A DNA stretch of 58,515 nucleotides from a virus (lineage: Duplodnaviria; Caudoviricetes): the IMG/VR virus record IMGVR_UViG_3300022208_000278, positions 1-58,515 of that record. One strand, 5' to 3'. The translations under genes were made by a program, and so were the position numbers. Positions 7,526-20,900 of this stretch are shown piece by piece. Below the pieces are notes generated by a model that made no database searches, was not told the origin of the DNA, and saw nothing but the letters and a program-made list of their open reading frames with translations. Within the stretch, counting starts at the first letter, position 1. Every line of letters starts with the position of its first letter.

Positions 7526-7749
7526 CCCTCATACTCCGAATTTTCATAATGTGACATCGGCTTATGCGTGTTATTACGCAGCCAATAGGTGATTAATCCG
7601 CCTAATATTATAGCGCCAGTGTAAACCCATTTTGGTAAATCTGGCATTAATTCAGGCGTAACAAATACAAGAACTGATCCAATTGATCCTAGAATCATTT
7701 GGACGTGACCCCAGTTTATCGTTTTACTCTTTGTGGTTAGTATCTTCAT
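7522..7749 (-). CDS. putative holin (2 TM)
   Basis: MKILTTKSKTINWG...; ATG overlaps endolysin stop. Confidence 0.6.
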   Translation of the reverse strand: MKILTTKSKTINWGHVQMILGSIGSVLVFVTPELMPDLPKWVYTGAIILGGLITYWLRNNTHKPMSHYENSEYEG

Positions 7750-8216
7750 CGTATCCTCTCCGGTATAGTTTTTTGGCCATTCAATGCAGGTGCTAACGGT
7801 GGCTTCATTGATGGGATGTAGATACGATGCCCCGATTTCGGAGGTATAGATTGAAAATGACACCACCCTGGAGTCCATCTAAAATCTTCGCAATACAACC
7901 CATTTCTGTCCAGCTCGTCCTGATTATTCACACACCATTGAGCCAAGATTCTTTCTGGGTCGTAAATATCTATTCCCAAGCCTGATTTGTGAGCCGATGA
8001 CGGTGCGCCAGTATTTGAATTGTACGCCCTGTATCCACCATCACCTGAGCCACCTTTCGCCCCTGAGATTTGCGTATCCGTGTCGGGATCAATCCAGTAT
8101 TTATAGGCATCAGATTTGCTGAGTAAAGTATTTACCTTACCCAATAAATTTCGGGCATTCAGAACGTGTACATCCCGCCTGTCTTTATCTTGGAAATACT
8201 GGTCTATAGTAATCAT
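7746..8216 (-). CDS. endolysin, peptidase M15 family
   Basis: SAH-x6-D (SAHKSGLGIDI) and WCHFQ zinc-ligand motifs. Confidence 0.8.
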   Translation of the reverse strand: MITIDQYFQDKDRRDVHVLNARNLLGKVNTLLSKSDAYKYWIDPDTDTQISGAKGGSGDGGYRAYNSNTGAPSSAHKSGLGIDIYDPERILAQWCVNNQDELDRNGLYCEDFRWTPGWCHFQSIPPKSGHRIYIPSMKPPLAPALNGQKTIPERIR

Positions 8217-8253
8217 TTCTTATTCCATGCGGGGTTATTTTATTTTCTATAAG

Positions 8254-8967
8254 TTAAATACTTAAATTGCTTCGTATCGCAATCACATTGTTTCCCCATA
8301 TTGCCATTGCAGTATTTACATCTGCAATAACTGCTGCTTGCCGTATTATAGCTTTTGTATCAAGGCGCTTTTTGCGTAGATCAATTTTAGCGGTATTCAG
8401 TGCAAGTGCAAGTGCTAAGATGTTATCTGTTGCTTGCTGAGGGGTTGAGGCACTACCACGGTCTACCTCATCTTGAATAATGCTTGGCACAATTCCTGTA
8501 TATCCAGCATCGCGGTACAGTATGGCTTCTTTTTCTGCTAGAAGGTAATCAGGTACTCTCTGCCCAACCGCATCAAGGTATATTGCATCAACATCAGAAT
8601 CTACTTTACGAATGGCCTTATCCTTCGCTTTGGCTAAGTTGAGGGCTATTGTTTCAGCGGGTAATGCAACTATTACTCTGGTGAATGTTGTATTACCTGC
8701 TGTGAAGTTTATGACACCTGTATCCTCATGCGTAGTTGAGTCGAATGCAGGGGTGGCATCTATAGCCTCATAGAATCCAGCCTCTTGCTGCACAGCAACA
8801 TTCAGCCCGACAAATCTTATGTTTTTAGAGTTATCATTCAGATATTTATTGCACGCGCTGATAACCGCATCGGTCGCTAATTCCGGGTATAGTATTTCGC
8901 CGTCGCTAGATACAATCATCCCAAGTGCCTGCAAGCCGCTCAAATTAACCAACTCTGAAATGTTCAT
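8254..8967 (-). CDS. tail fibre assembly/chaperone-like protein
   Basis: Follows tail fibre gene; helical C-terminus typical of fibre chaperones. Confidence 0.55.
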   Translation of the reverse strand: MNISELVNLSGLQALGMIVSSDGEILYPELATDAVISACNKYLNDNSKNIRFVGLNVAVQQEAGFYEAIDATPAFDSTTHEDTGVINFTAGNTTFTRVIVALPAETIALNLAKAKDKAIRKVDSDVDAIYLDAVGQRVPDYLLAEKEAILYRDAGYTGIVPSIIQDEVDRGSASTPQQATDNILALALALNTAKIDLRKKRLDTKAIIRQAAVIADVNTAMAIWGNNVIAIRSNLSI

Positions 8968-8977
8968 ATTGTATGTC

Positions 8978-11299
8978 CTATAATTTATTAAATAGCGCGG
9001 ATGCCATCAGTGATGGGGGCACCTCAGCCTGCGAATACTCTTGGATGTAATGCCAACTAGTTTGATTAGACTGAGAGTATGGGACTAGATATATTCTGTT
9101 CTGCGTTGGAGAGTAAACACCACCACGATACCCGTTCGTAACTACAGTTGCTCCGTGAGTGTAAGCTACGACTGTGCCAGTTGCGCAATCAATGTAGTGC
9201 CAACTCGTTTGATTAGACTGTGCTAATGGGACTAGATATATTCTGTTCTGTGTTGGAGAGTAAACACCACCAATATACCCGTTCGTAACTACAGTTGCTC
9301 CGTGGGTATAAGCTACGACTGTGCCAGTTGCGCAATCAATGTAGTGCCAACTCGTTTGATTAGACTGTGCTAATGGGACTAGATATATTCTGTTCTGAAT
9401 CGGGGAATAAACACCACCATAATACCCGGTCGCAACTACAGTTGCTCCGTGAGTGTAAGCTACGACTGTGCCAGTTGCGCAATCAATGTAGTGCCAACTC
9501 GTTTGATTAGACTGAGAGTATGGGACTAGATATATTCTGTTCTGCGTTGGAGAGTAAACACCACCATAATACCCGGACGCAATTACAGTTGCTCCGTGGG
9601 TATAAGCTACGACTGTGCCAGTTGCGCAATCAATGTAGTGCCAACTCGTTTGATTAGACTGAGAGTATGGGACTAGATATATTCTGTTCTGTGTTGGAGA
9701 GTAAACACCACCAGCATACCCGGTCGCAACTACAGTTGCTCCGTGAGTGTAAGCTACGACTGTGCCAGTTGCGCAATCAATGTAGTGCCAACTCGTCTGG
9801 TTAGACTGAAAGTATGGGACTAGATATATTCTGTTCTGTGTCGGGGAATAAACACCACCAGCATACCCGGACGTAATTACAGTTGCTCCGTGGGTATAAG
9901 CTACGACTGTGCCAGTTGTGCAATCAATGTAGTGCCAACTCGTCTGGTTAGACTGTGCTAATGGGACTAGATATATTCTGTTCTGTGTTGGAGAGTAAAC
10001 ACCACCAATATACCCGTTCGCAACTACAGTTGCTCCGTTCAAATACGAGCCTACGCCGAATCCTATATTTATATTTTTCGAGTGTATCCGTGATAGGTAT
10101 GAGACAAGGTTGGGTATACTTATCGTATCCATCCTGACGGACGGGAATGGCGCGGTTAGTATGTTTGTTGCGCTGGTGAGCGTTTTATTGGTTAGCGCCT
10201 CGGCTCCCGTGGGAGTTGTTAGGTCAGTCCCCAGCGTGAGTTCGGCAGCCATACCACCCGCATCAAACCCTGCGACCTTAAGCGCTGTTCCGGTATGCCC
10301 AGAGCCAGACCATGCCAGATCGGTCAAGTTGGGGTGGCTTGTCGGTGCCAAGGCGGTAGGTGCGGAGCTTCCGATAACAGGGCGCAAATCGGAGATGGTC
10401 GAGGGCGAAGTAGCGCCATTCAAGAATGTGATTTTTGCAATCACCATCCCGTGTTCCATGTATTCCTCTGGACGATTTGTCGGGGTGGCTTCAGCCAGCG
10501 CTTCGGCTTCCGTTGCGTATTGAGCGCGTCCGTATTGAACTACGACATCCCCCAAGTAACCCTGTATCACGTAATGATTGCTGTACCACCCAACGGTCGT
10601 TGCTGTGAGCACGCCAGCATTGTCGTATTGGGTATTGTCCCATTGAGTTTGAGCGGCTACATAGGTGTATGTGCCTGTCCCATAAATAGCTGTGAACGTG
10701 CCACCAGCGTTGGAATCGAACAGGCTTATATGTTCCTGATCCATGCTTCTGGACACTTCAATCGTCCCAGCGGTTATGGCTATTTTCCTCGATGGTGCTG
10801 ATGGGTCATAAGTCACCAGCCCCGCAGAAACTCTATCCCCGATTGTTCTCTGCGCCCATCCCTGCGCACGATTTACAAAGTCTCCGATTGGCCGTGCATC
10901 CGGGTGAATCTTGAGCACCCCTCCCCGGTTGTGAACCTCTCCCAAATAGATCAGGTCGTACCCGTTCGAGGTGTCTGTCGGGTTGAATGCGATGTTCGGT
11001 GCGCCAGAATTCCAACTCCCTATCAAGTACCTTGTGGTGTCAGTAGGAATCGCCACGCCAGTCAATCCGGCGACAGTATTCTCGTAGTAAATCGAGGATG
11101 TTGCCGTAGATCCTGAGCGTATGATGAATTCTCCAACAGCGACGTTTACCGTCGCGCCGCCAGCATCGGTAATCCCGAAGCCCTCGATCCAGCCTGACGA
11201 GCTTAAATCTTTCCACAGGCTGCGCAGGGTCGCGGTGGTTCCGGTTGAGTGGACTAGCAGCGTGCCATCAGACCGACCTCCATCTCTCCATGCTGACAT
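8978..11299 (-). CDS. tail fibre / receptor-binding protein with 7x49-aa repeat domain
   Basis: Gly/Thr-rich beta structure, LTNKTL fibre motif, C-terminal tandem repeats. Confidence 0.7.
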   Translation of the reverse strand: MSAWRDGGRSDGTLLVHSTGTTATLRSLWKDLSSSGWIEGFGITDAGGATVNVAVGEFIIRSGSTATSSIYYENTVAGLTGVAIPTDTTRYLIGSWNSGAPNIAFNPTDTSNGYDLIYLGEVHNRGGVLKIHPDARPIGDFVNRAQGWAQRTIGDRVSAGLVTYDPSAPSRKIAITAGTIEVSRSMDQEHISLFDSNAGGTFTAIYGTGTYTYVAAQTQWDNTQYDNAGVLTATTVGWYSNHYVIQGYLGDVVVQYGRAQYATEAEALAEATPTNRPEEYMEHGMVIAKITFLNGATSPSTISDLRPVIGSSAPTALAPTSHPNLTDLAWSGSGHTGTALKVAGFDAGGMAAELTLGTDLTTPTGAEALTNKTLTSATNILTAPFPSVRMDTISIPNLVSYLSRIHSKNINIGFGVGSYLNGATVVANGYIGGVYSPTQNRIYLVPLAQSNQTSWHYIDCTTGTVVAYTHGATVITSGYAGGVYSPTQNRIYLVPYFQSNQTSWHYIDCATGTVVAYTHGATVVATGYAGGVYSPTQNRIYLVPYSQSNQTSWHYIDCATGTVVAYTHGATVIASGYYGGVYSPTQNRIYLVPYSQSNQTSWHYIDCATGTVVAYTHGATVVATGYYGGVYSPIQNRIYLVPLAQSNQTSWHYIDCATGTVVAYTHGATVVTNGYIGGVYSPTQNRIYLVPLAQSNQTSWHYIDCATGTVVAYTHGATVVTNGYRGGVYSPTQNRIYLVPYSQSNQTSWHYIQEYSQAEVPPSLMASALFNKL
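9044..10036 (-). repeat. 7 tandem 147-bp coding repeats
   Basis: GATV...GGVYSPTQNRIYLVP..QSNQTSWHYIDC.TGTVVAYTH, period 147 bp. Confidence 0.95.
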
Positions 11300-11377
11300 T
11301 ATGCACCTCCAATATAGATAACAGCAGTTGATTTAGCAATATTTTCGGTTTGCGCCATGATTTAATTCCTTTGCTGG

Positions 11378-11884
11378 TTAAAGCGTTGGTTGGTATACGT
11401 TCAAGTGGCCTGATATTCTTATCGCCTGCCCTGAAATATTTGTTGCCCGAAATAAAAAGTTCTTTGTTTTGTCTAAAAGAAACTCAGAAGTAAATTCATC
11501 CAGTGATCCTCCTGTGGCATTCCCGCCATTCCCGCCTGTCACATAAGCAACCCCATTTATCGCATTCCCTGTCGCGGTTACTGTTGGCGTGTGGGTGGCT
11601 GTTCCAGAAAATACATTCGATGAGGATGTGTTGTGGTTGCTCATCGTTACGCCAGTTCCAGCCGCTGAAACAGTTGGGCTTTCAAATATGGTAACAGTGA
11701 ATTCTGCACTAGCATTAAACTTCAATGTAAGATGCGTGTTATGCAGCCCACTTCCTTGTAAATAAAGATCAAGCGTTCCATTGTTCGCAAGGGCGGGATT
11801 ATAATATCCCCCGGAAAAATACTTCCCGCGATGAACCATGCTATGAACGACATCTATTGTCGTCTGTAAATTCCATGCTGGCAT
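11378..11884 (-). CDS. virion-associated hypothetical protein
   Basis: 168-aa beta-rich ORF in late operon. Confidence 0.65.
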   Translation of the reverse strand: MPAWNLQTTIDVVHSMVHRGKYFSGGYYNPALANNGTLDLYLQGSGLHNTHLTLKFNASAEFTVTIFESPTVSAAGTGVTMSNHNTSSSNVFSGTATHTPTVTATGNAINGVAYVTGGNGGNATGGSLDEFTSEFLLDKTKNFLFRATNISGQAIRISGHLNVYQPTL

Positions 11885-11936
11885 ATCTAATCCCTTGTGT
11901 TGTTAGCTGATTGTACTACAGAACGTTTGTTCTTTG

Positions 11937-14900
11937 TCACGGGTTTTTTGAGTATCTTGCCATTGCTTTTTCGTATCTGGTCGCCAGTTGGTTTGATAGC
12001 GCAATTTGCCGATCCTCAGCCAGTTTTATCTTTGCTTTACTGCCTTCTGCACGTGCATCTTCTTCTGCTTTGCGTAGGTTCTTCATGCGCTTTTGCCAGA
12101 AGATAATGCTAGTCCCTCCTAGAACCCTACTTTGTTTTACGCCATCTTCACCGGATTTTTTCTTAACCTCGCTCAATTGGTCATAGAACCTGCCGCGATA
12201 CTCCTCAACGTCCTTTGTCGAGATAATCTTTCTGACAAATGGGGTGTGTTCAACATCGGGAAATTCTCCTGACACGGCCTCTTTCCCTGTGGCGTATAGG
12301 TTTGATGCGAACGTTCCAGTTCCGCCAGTCAAGAATCCAGCCATCATCTTCAGTGTCTCTGGTGATACATCAGCCCAAGCCAACACTGCGCTATTCGCAG
12401 CCTTATCGTAGAGTGTTCCGCGAGTGCTTCGATACATTGTTTCACGGTCAGGCTTCCCATCATCATCCGAGAAGTGCGGCACAAGTTTACCCCCAAACGA
12501 ATTCGCGTTGACCGATGACATCATCAGCGGCTTTAGCATAGTCGGGGATACGTTCACAGCAAACTTTTCTTGCGATACCTCGCCTTTATCTACGGGAGAA
12601 CCTATGGGTGTAAAGTGCTCCATGAATTGCCCTAGGGTATTTACAGCAGCCTTCATCGGGCTTATGCGGCCTTTCATCATATTTCCAGCCGTATATCCCG
12701 CTCCGAAGAAGAATCCAAGACCATAAGCCAGAATCATCTTCACTGTGTATTCGCCAAAATGCAGGTTCAGGTTATGCTCTTTGTCGTACTCACTGGTCAA
12801 TTCGTCGTCGTCGTCGCCGGTCATCATCGCCGCAAATACACCTAATGCGAATAATCCTCCGATGATAGCTTTTACCTGAGTTTTATGTTTCGTTCCGGTA
12901 GCAGCACGGAACAGGTTTTGAGTTCCTTGCACGTTCGCATTCCAGAACAGATAAGCAGCATTCCACGCTTTCGACTGTTCGCCTTTGCGATTGAAGTTGA
13001 CGGTGACATTCTTGGCTATACGAGAGGCTTCCGCCAGCACCTTCGGCGTTACTTTATCCACCCCACCGTTAGCGTCAATAAACGAGCGGAAAGCTGCCAT
13101 ACGATAAGCATTCTCTGCCGCATGGTTTAGATTCTCGATCAGCATCATCAGGCGGCTATCCAGCATTCTGTACAAGACTACCTTTCCGGCTCCAGACACG
13201 GCCTTGCCAGAACGATCTAAGATCGTGCCCTTGTGAGACAAACCCTGTTTCCATGCTCGAACGACTCCACCTCCACCGTGCCGAGCAAGCATTGAGTCAA
13301 GTTTAAGTTGCTGCGTCTCTATATCGTCCAGCATGGCAAAGGCGGTCAATGCTCCACTGTTCCTTGCGAGGTCGTAATACTTCTGCCATACGCCCATAGA
13401 CTTATCGCGGGATTGTGCAAACATCGCCTTGGCTGCGCTGGGTACATGGCTCATTGCCTTTGCAGCATACTTCGCCCCACCTTCCCCAGTTAGTACCGCA
13501 AATGCAGTTTGTGCATCACGGAACAGGTTGGTGATGATGAACTCTGGATTTTTCTGCGTATACATCTGGCGCAGGAACATATTCAGATTGGCAGATGCTT
13601 CAAGTATTCCGCCAAGTTGCGATGCGTTCAAGTTGTTATAAGCCGCCGCCATGATTGGGTCGTGGAGTTGAATGCGGAACTCTTTACCGTTCTTGATGTA
13701 CCTAACTTCCTTGGTGTTATCGAAGCCAATATCTCGCATTATGATGGTAGGCTCGCCGCCAACTTTGTTGATCTTGATGTCGCCTTCTTTGTCGTTAACA
13801 TTTCGCTTGGACTCGACAAATCGGCGCGCATCATTCAGGTTGTCAAACCGTTCAACAATAGACCCGTAATATTCGACTTCGTATCTCTGCGGAGTCTTAC
13901 CCTTTACCGGCGTTTTTTCTGGCTCTTCAATCGTCCACAATGTAGAGTCTGGGTTATCTTCCACAAGGTTACGCAGCGTCTCGCCTACGTTCGCTTTTTC
14001 TTTCAAGAATATGGCGGCGTGGTAGTCCCTGAATATATTCTCGACCACCTGACCCGCACGGCTTACCCGACCAAGAGCCTGACGCGATGCGCGCTTACTG
14101 GTTGAATACCCTCCACCGATTCCATTACCTACCTTATTCCCTGAGTCATCAATAACCTCAAAACCTTTGTATGGGACATAAAAACCCATAGCGTCACGCG
14201 CTTGCTGGGCTTGGTCGGCAGTCATTACGTTACCCTCAACAAGCAAGTCCAGCTTCGATTCGGTTACTTTTTGGATGTCTCTTGCCAGCGAATCAAACTT
14301 TTCAAAGTCAGGGCGCTTGCGGTAATCATCAATTATCTCTTGCGCTTCAAGATTGGTTATGCCCGATCCGTTGTTCGGCATGTCGTCGCGCAATGTCTGG
14401 ATATAGGCATTACGATCTTTCGCGCCCAAGGCCATCAAGTATGTGCCGATTTCCTCTGTTGTAGTTTTGAGTTCGGCTACGCGCTTCATAAACGGCTCGA
14501 CAACTTTATCCGTGAACTTTTCTTGCTGCAAAGCAACTCGGTCTGTCATGCGCTCCATAGCCTGATAGACGTTGCTTTGCTCGTCCACGATACCCCCCTG
14601 TTCTTGGATGGCATCCTGAATGACTTTTATGCGATTGAGATTGTCCTGCTGTTTGCGCTGGAGTTCCTGCAAAGATGTTTCTTGCGGGATGTTGAAGCGT
14701 TTTGGCGACTCATTATTTACAGGTGGCGCGGACTTTGAGAGCATCACACCGCCAGACTTGGAATACATTACGCCTTTTAATCCGGGTGGTAACTCGCCAT
14801 CGAAAAGCGATAGTGTCTCATCGCTTCCTCTTCTGGAATCTGATTTATCTTTAAGTGATTGTGCGAGTCCCGCTCGTACAACGCTGGCAATACCGAAAGG

Positions 14901-17900
14901 ACTCCTTTTAGCCATGTCCGGCTCAATACCGAGTCGCTTTGCTCTTGCGAATCCGCGATCCATTGCCTGATTAACGAGCTTGGTTCCCATGTCGGATTTG
15001 ATACTAACTCTGCCGTTCTCCGAGCGTAGGCGCAGTCCGTCCTGATCGGGAAGGTCGATCTCCAATTCTCCGGTAGTAAAGTTGTAGTGGACATTATTAA
15101 CCTCTGGTACAAATAATGAGATATTATCTTGCGCCGACTTAATCAAATTGTCAATGTTTTGCGCATCATTATCACCCCACTTTACAGGGGAATACTCTTC
15201 TAAAAAATAATCATTATGACCTAATTTTCCTTTGTAAAGATTAGGATACTTCTGCTCATTAGATGGCTCCATGAAGTCAGTCCTACCTCCATGACGGATA
15301 GCCGCCGATAACATTAATTCAGTTCTGCGTATCATTGCGATGTCAGTAACCCCGTATGGGTCTCCGATTAACCTTACCCCTTTGTTCTTTGCGGCATAGT
15401 CAAGTACGCCAGTATAAAGTGCAGCACCACCCGATGAGCCAGATTTAAAGTTAGATACGTTTAGCCATACGCGGCCATCATCAGCTTCGTATATAAATGC
15501 TGGATTGTCATCAAATCCTGAAACAACTTCCCAAGCCTTAACTACGCCATCTTTTTTAGCCATTTCTTCAGGGACTTCTATTTCTTTGATTTTACTTTTT
15601 GCAGAAACAGATTTTCCGTCCTCGTCTTCGCCATTCATGGCTGACAGTACATTCCCTTCAATACTTGTTTCGTTGTTCTTTTTGAATTTAAACAGATTGT
15701 CATGTACGGATAATTTCTTCCAAACTTGCTGGATAAGTGATGATGTATATTCTTGCTTACTAAATGACTGAGTATCACCCTCTACATTAACATCGCCGCG
15801 AGCTGCTTGAGCCATCCCTGCCTTGGCAAGTGCGATAATATCGTCAACGCTTAATTTGACCGCTACGCCACGCTTGAACAGTGCAGCCCTTACCTTGGCT
15901 ACCCAATTACGCACAAACTCGCTTACGCGCTTTCCTAGCTTGTCTGTGAGGTGTGCAAATAGAGTGTTGTCTATGGCGCTGAATCCGTCTTGGCGACCAA
16001 GTAATAAAGCCTGTTCAACGATGTAGGATGCAGATTCCATTTCCATTTCATCACCTACCACCCCAGCGCTTTCCATCCGCGCATAAACAGATTGCAGGAA
16101 CTCGCGTAGTTTCTTCGGGACGAGCTTGCTATCCCTCAAGGCAAGCAAGTCCATTGCCTGCTTGCGCATTTCCTTGGTATCGGTAGCATGTACTGTTTCA
16201 TGCAATGCAACAGGGGCGGCAGTCTCTTTGGTCAAATTATTGGCGACCATGAATGTCAGGCCGCTACGTGGATCGTAGAGAGCTTGGACTTTCCCGGATT
16301 TGCTGTAGCGGATGTCTGGATTATTTGGGCTAAATGTGCCACGATTTCCTATGGCTGATTTGATCTGGCTTGGCTCGAAGGCAACCCATACTTTTTGAGG
16401 ATTACGGTTTTCATCAAGCTCTGAAATAATCGCCCCATCATATCCCATCTTTTTTAATATTTCGACAAGATGATCTCCTCCATATTCTTCATCAAACAAC
16501 TCCCATAACTCATGCTGCCCATTAGTGAGCATTCTTGAGTTATACCCGTTTGCATCAAGGGTATTAAGGAAAGCATCGCGCAGGTTTGTTAAATCTGCCG
16601 GGTCTGATATTTGAAGAAATACATCCATCTTCTTGCCGCCAAACTCTGACGCAAAAGAGGCATTTTCAGCAAAGAATAATCCATATCTCTTTGCATCGTA
16701 ACTACCGAATATCGTAGCATTCTTTGTCGGTCTGCCCACCTCAAAAGAATTGAACTCGTTTTTCGTATTGTGATAAACAACCAGCGGATTACCATCAGCA
16801 TCCACCACCTTGCTATCGCCAAACCATTTCTTAAACGCTGGCGTGTCGGTCTGATTACCGGCGACCGATTGCAACACATCCTCGCCCAACTCCACCCCTG
16901 TCTTTTCCTTGAACAGTTCCGGCAGGCTTTCAATATCCTTGGCAATGACAATTCCACCCTTCTTTCCTTCGTCGCCGCGCTTCAAGAGGATGTCGGCGTA
17001 CTTTGAGGTGTTGGGATTGTCGCGCAAAGATTGGGCGATTGTCGCTGGGGTTTCGGAGGTTGTGGAGTTGGTGGTGCGGCTAAACATTAAGTCCGCATCT
17101 GTGGATAGTTGTTTGATTTTTGCCTTGCGATCCACCTCATCGCCATGCTTGTACTTAATGACGTTTTGGATTCCGCGCTTTTCGAGCGCATCCAATGCTT
17201 TCTGGCTAATATCGTCAGGCACAACAGCGCCCTTGAACTCGCTTAAATCCACGGCGCGGAGAATCTTTGCCTCGAAATATTCAGTTGGCAGGCTTCGTAA
17301 CTTGTCAAGAAACTCAGCGGCATCTTTCAGTTTTTCTTGTGGCGCATCTTCAAATCCGTTTTCACGGAATGCGCGAGGCAGTCCCATCGTGGCAGCGTCG
17401 TAGAGAGTAGACGACATGGTATCTCCAAATCCGATCTTGTTTCCTATCGGGTGGTATGCACCAAACTCTTCCGCGAGCGCAAAAAATTCTTTATCTATCT
17501 CGTCCTTCACCTTCTCAAACGCGGCTTTGTCCATCAGCCTATTTTTGGCATCCTGAATTTGCTTAATGCTTTTGAATTGTGGCGCGAACTTAGAGCGGAT
17601 CGTTCCTACGCCATAATTAAAGCTCTCTCCACCACGCAATTCTTTCTTGAGTAGCTTGATTACATTATCCAGTGTATGCGGGATGTACTTACGGTTTCCA
17701 CTTTTTGTATAGCCTTGGAATATGCGCTCATTCGCGCCAATATCATTGAAAAATTCTTTTGCGTACCCCTCCATTTCATTGCGCAAACCTGCATCGGATA
17801 TTTGTTTTTCAAGCGCATATCTTGTTTTTGTTTTATCTATGTCACCTTCGGATGCGCGATTCATAATGTGATGGTTAATCTCTTGCGCAATGCTATTCAC

Positions 17901-20900
17901 AAAATAATCTTTACCAGTCTCTTTTGCCCTGTTGCGCATATCGGATATTTCAGCATCAGCATCAGCGCGGTAGTCCTCTCCGTTGGCAGCGATCAGTTTG
18001 TCCTTGAACGTCTGGTATGCCGTATCAATGAACTCAGGGTCTTTCTGCATATCAAAATAATCTACCTCACGATTGGATAGCTTGTCAGCGAAAGGTTGCA
18101 ACGATTTATCCAGCGGCTTCGTATCATGGTACTTTATTACTGGCTTTATGCCGTTATCTTTGAGAAACTGCCACATCACAGGTGCAGAGCGTTCCAATTC
18201 ACGCGAACCGTTCTCCATATCATCCCAAGGAAGTCGCGTATTTGTTGCTGAAATAGCTTCCTTTAGCCTGCCTTCTGCGGTTTGCTTCATGTTGCTGGTG
18301 AACTGATGCTGGATGTTTGGGTAGCGCGGAGAATAGATGTCCGCACCAAACACCTTGGTCGCCGCATATCCTTTAGGATCTGCCATATCGATGCCACCCA
18401 CAAGCGTTATTTCACCGAATCCTGTCAATGGATGATCTGCTTGCGTGATTGCCAGCGAAGGGATTGGAATTCCACCCATGCGTTCCGCGTGGAGCAAGTT
18501 CTCTTCTGATAGGTTGTGCTGGATTATTAGAGTTGGCTCGCCATTCTTTGTCTTGCTGAACATGATGCCGCCAGTCTTCCCGCCTTCCGTGCTGGCGGGT
18601 TCGGCCTTGGTGGATTGGGCTGGCTTGCTTTCATTCTGTCTTGTTGCCGATTTTTCATCTGGGGTTTTTTCTGCGGATATATCAACACCGGGCTGACTTG
18701 GTTTTTCTTTCATCCACGCACTCAGTGCATCTTCTACTGTTTCAAACTGCGTTGTTCTTGCCAATAATTGATGCTTGCCGTTTTTGTTTTGGTAAATATC
18801 AATACTCGGATAATTATTTTTAGATTGGGATGGCTTGGTAGCTTTCAGTGATTCGATGTGGTCGTAAACATCTTTGCTGATTTTCTGGCTTGTACGCCCA
18901 TCAGTCAGATAATAATCAAACTCTGTAGGTTCTACGCCTAATGTTTGGCCAGTAAACTTCGGCTCTTTCTTGGTGTAAACGTCGCGACTCGTAACAACCT
19001 TTGGCGCAATTTCGGCGAATGTTTCACCCTTCCAAAACTTCTGCGATACCTTATTCAATTCTTTCGAGGCGGAAGTGCCGATGCTTGCTGCCTCGTTCTT
19101 TGCGCCGAGAACCTCATCCACAGCCGCATGTTCCCCCGCATCTGCCAGTTCTTTCAGCGCCGCGCCTTGGTCGCTGCTGATTTTTCCCTGCGCTTGGGCT
19201 TTCAGGACTTCAAGTTTCTTGGCTTTGGATTGCTCCGCTGCCGGGATGTCGGATTGCTTGATGGAGGATAGGGCGGATTCGGCGGTGGGCTTTATGTTTT
19301 CGGCGCTCTCGATTGTCGTTTCTGGCTTGATAATGCTGCGCGGTATCTCCTCTCCAGAAATGATGTCGCCATTCTTTCGTACCGTAGGAATTCTATCTGC
19401 ATATCCGTTCAAGTCGCTTTTGCGGACAAGATGCGTCCTTCCGTAACTGTCTTTTACCGATACAATTTCTCTTCCACTTCCATCGCCATTCGCTTGTACT
19501 TCTTTTGCTCCGAGTGGCTGAACAACAGGTGATACAGCCTCACCGACTGCACTAGCGTCAACTTGTGCCGATTCATCCCGTGCCTGCGATTGCGGCTTAC
19601 TCTCAATTGGCCTTTGTGCATTTACTTTCACCTCTTGTTTTGCGGCTTTTGGTACAAGCGCAAACCCGCCTTCAATCCGTTGTGAGATATGGGTCTTATC
19701 CATGCCGCGATACTTTCTGTCGAGCAGGGCAGATTTCAGGTTTTTGTATGGCTTATCACCTTCCGCCAATACCGCACCTTCTGGAATCTTGCTTACACCT
19801 AATGCGCGCTCCAGTTGAATCTTGTTCGTCTTGGCAGGGAATATCCCATTTCCTTTGCCGTCAATAAACACTTTCGGATCGGCTGCTTTTAATTGTTCTG
19901 GCGTGAATCCTACAGCCGCATGGCGACCGTCCGAAAGCATTTTGATTATAGGGGCAGCCGCAGTTTTATCCAGCGGAGGTGCAGGGGACGCTGGCTGCGA
20001 CTGCGAAACAGTTACCTCTCTTGCTGCATCAGTTTTCTGGCTTCCTTCATTTGGCGCAGGCTTTCCACCTGCCACGGCTGGAGTTTGTGCCTGTCCAGTT
20101 CGTGTAGGCGTGACTGGTGAGATTGCGGCTGCTGGTGTTGCTTGTTCACTTACTTTCTCCTGTGATTGAATTACTGCATTGTTGATTGGTGCTGGAATAG
20201 ACTGATCCTGTCCAACGCTTGCCAAAGGTTCTCCGGCAACTCCAGTTCTTCCGCTTCCCGCTGCGACATTTGTTCCGTCAGCAACTCCAGAAACGATAGC
20301 TGCATCGCCTCCTGTTGGGATATTGCTCCGGCCTGCAATGAGTCCTCCACCCACTGCGGGTGATCTAGCCACATTAATCTCGCCATTTTTAGCCTCTTGA
20401 ATTGGTTGAGTGGGTTGTATGGGCGAAGTCTGCTCATGGGCTTGCGTGGCTGTTGCAAGCTCTCCCCGTGGGGGTATGATGGGGTCTTGAGTATCGGGTA
20501 CGTCAATAGCGGCAGCGGCAGCTTGAATGGCGGAATCTGTGTCTGGGGCGAGGATGATCTTTGAGTAGTTGTATGCGGTCTCAACACTAGACTGGCCGAG
20601 GCTCATCATACCCTCTAATACCGCGCCCGTTACATCACCTTTGCCTGTAGCAGCCAATTCACCAACATATTCTCCGGCTGTTTCGCCGACCGTTTCCAGC
20701 CCAAGGCCGGTTCCAGCCATTGCTAATTTTTGACCTGCTGTTATTGAGGATTTTGCAGCAGCATTCCCTGCCGCTGCTGCCGCCGCTTTTAATGCCGGGT
20801 CTGCCGCAAGAGCTTTTGCTACGGTGGCCGGATTTGTAATGTCAATGCCAGCCTTTGCGATAACATCGGCTTCGGCAGTAGCACCAGCCTTTATTGCTGA

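Noticed and set aside
9044-10036. Diversity-generating retroelement acting on the tail fibre
   Set aside because: There is no reverse transcriptase or separate template repeat; the repeats are tandem and in frame, and differences are not adenine-specific.
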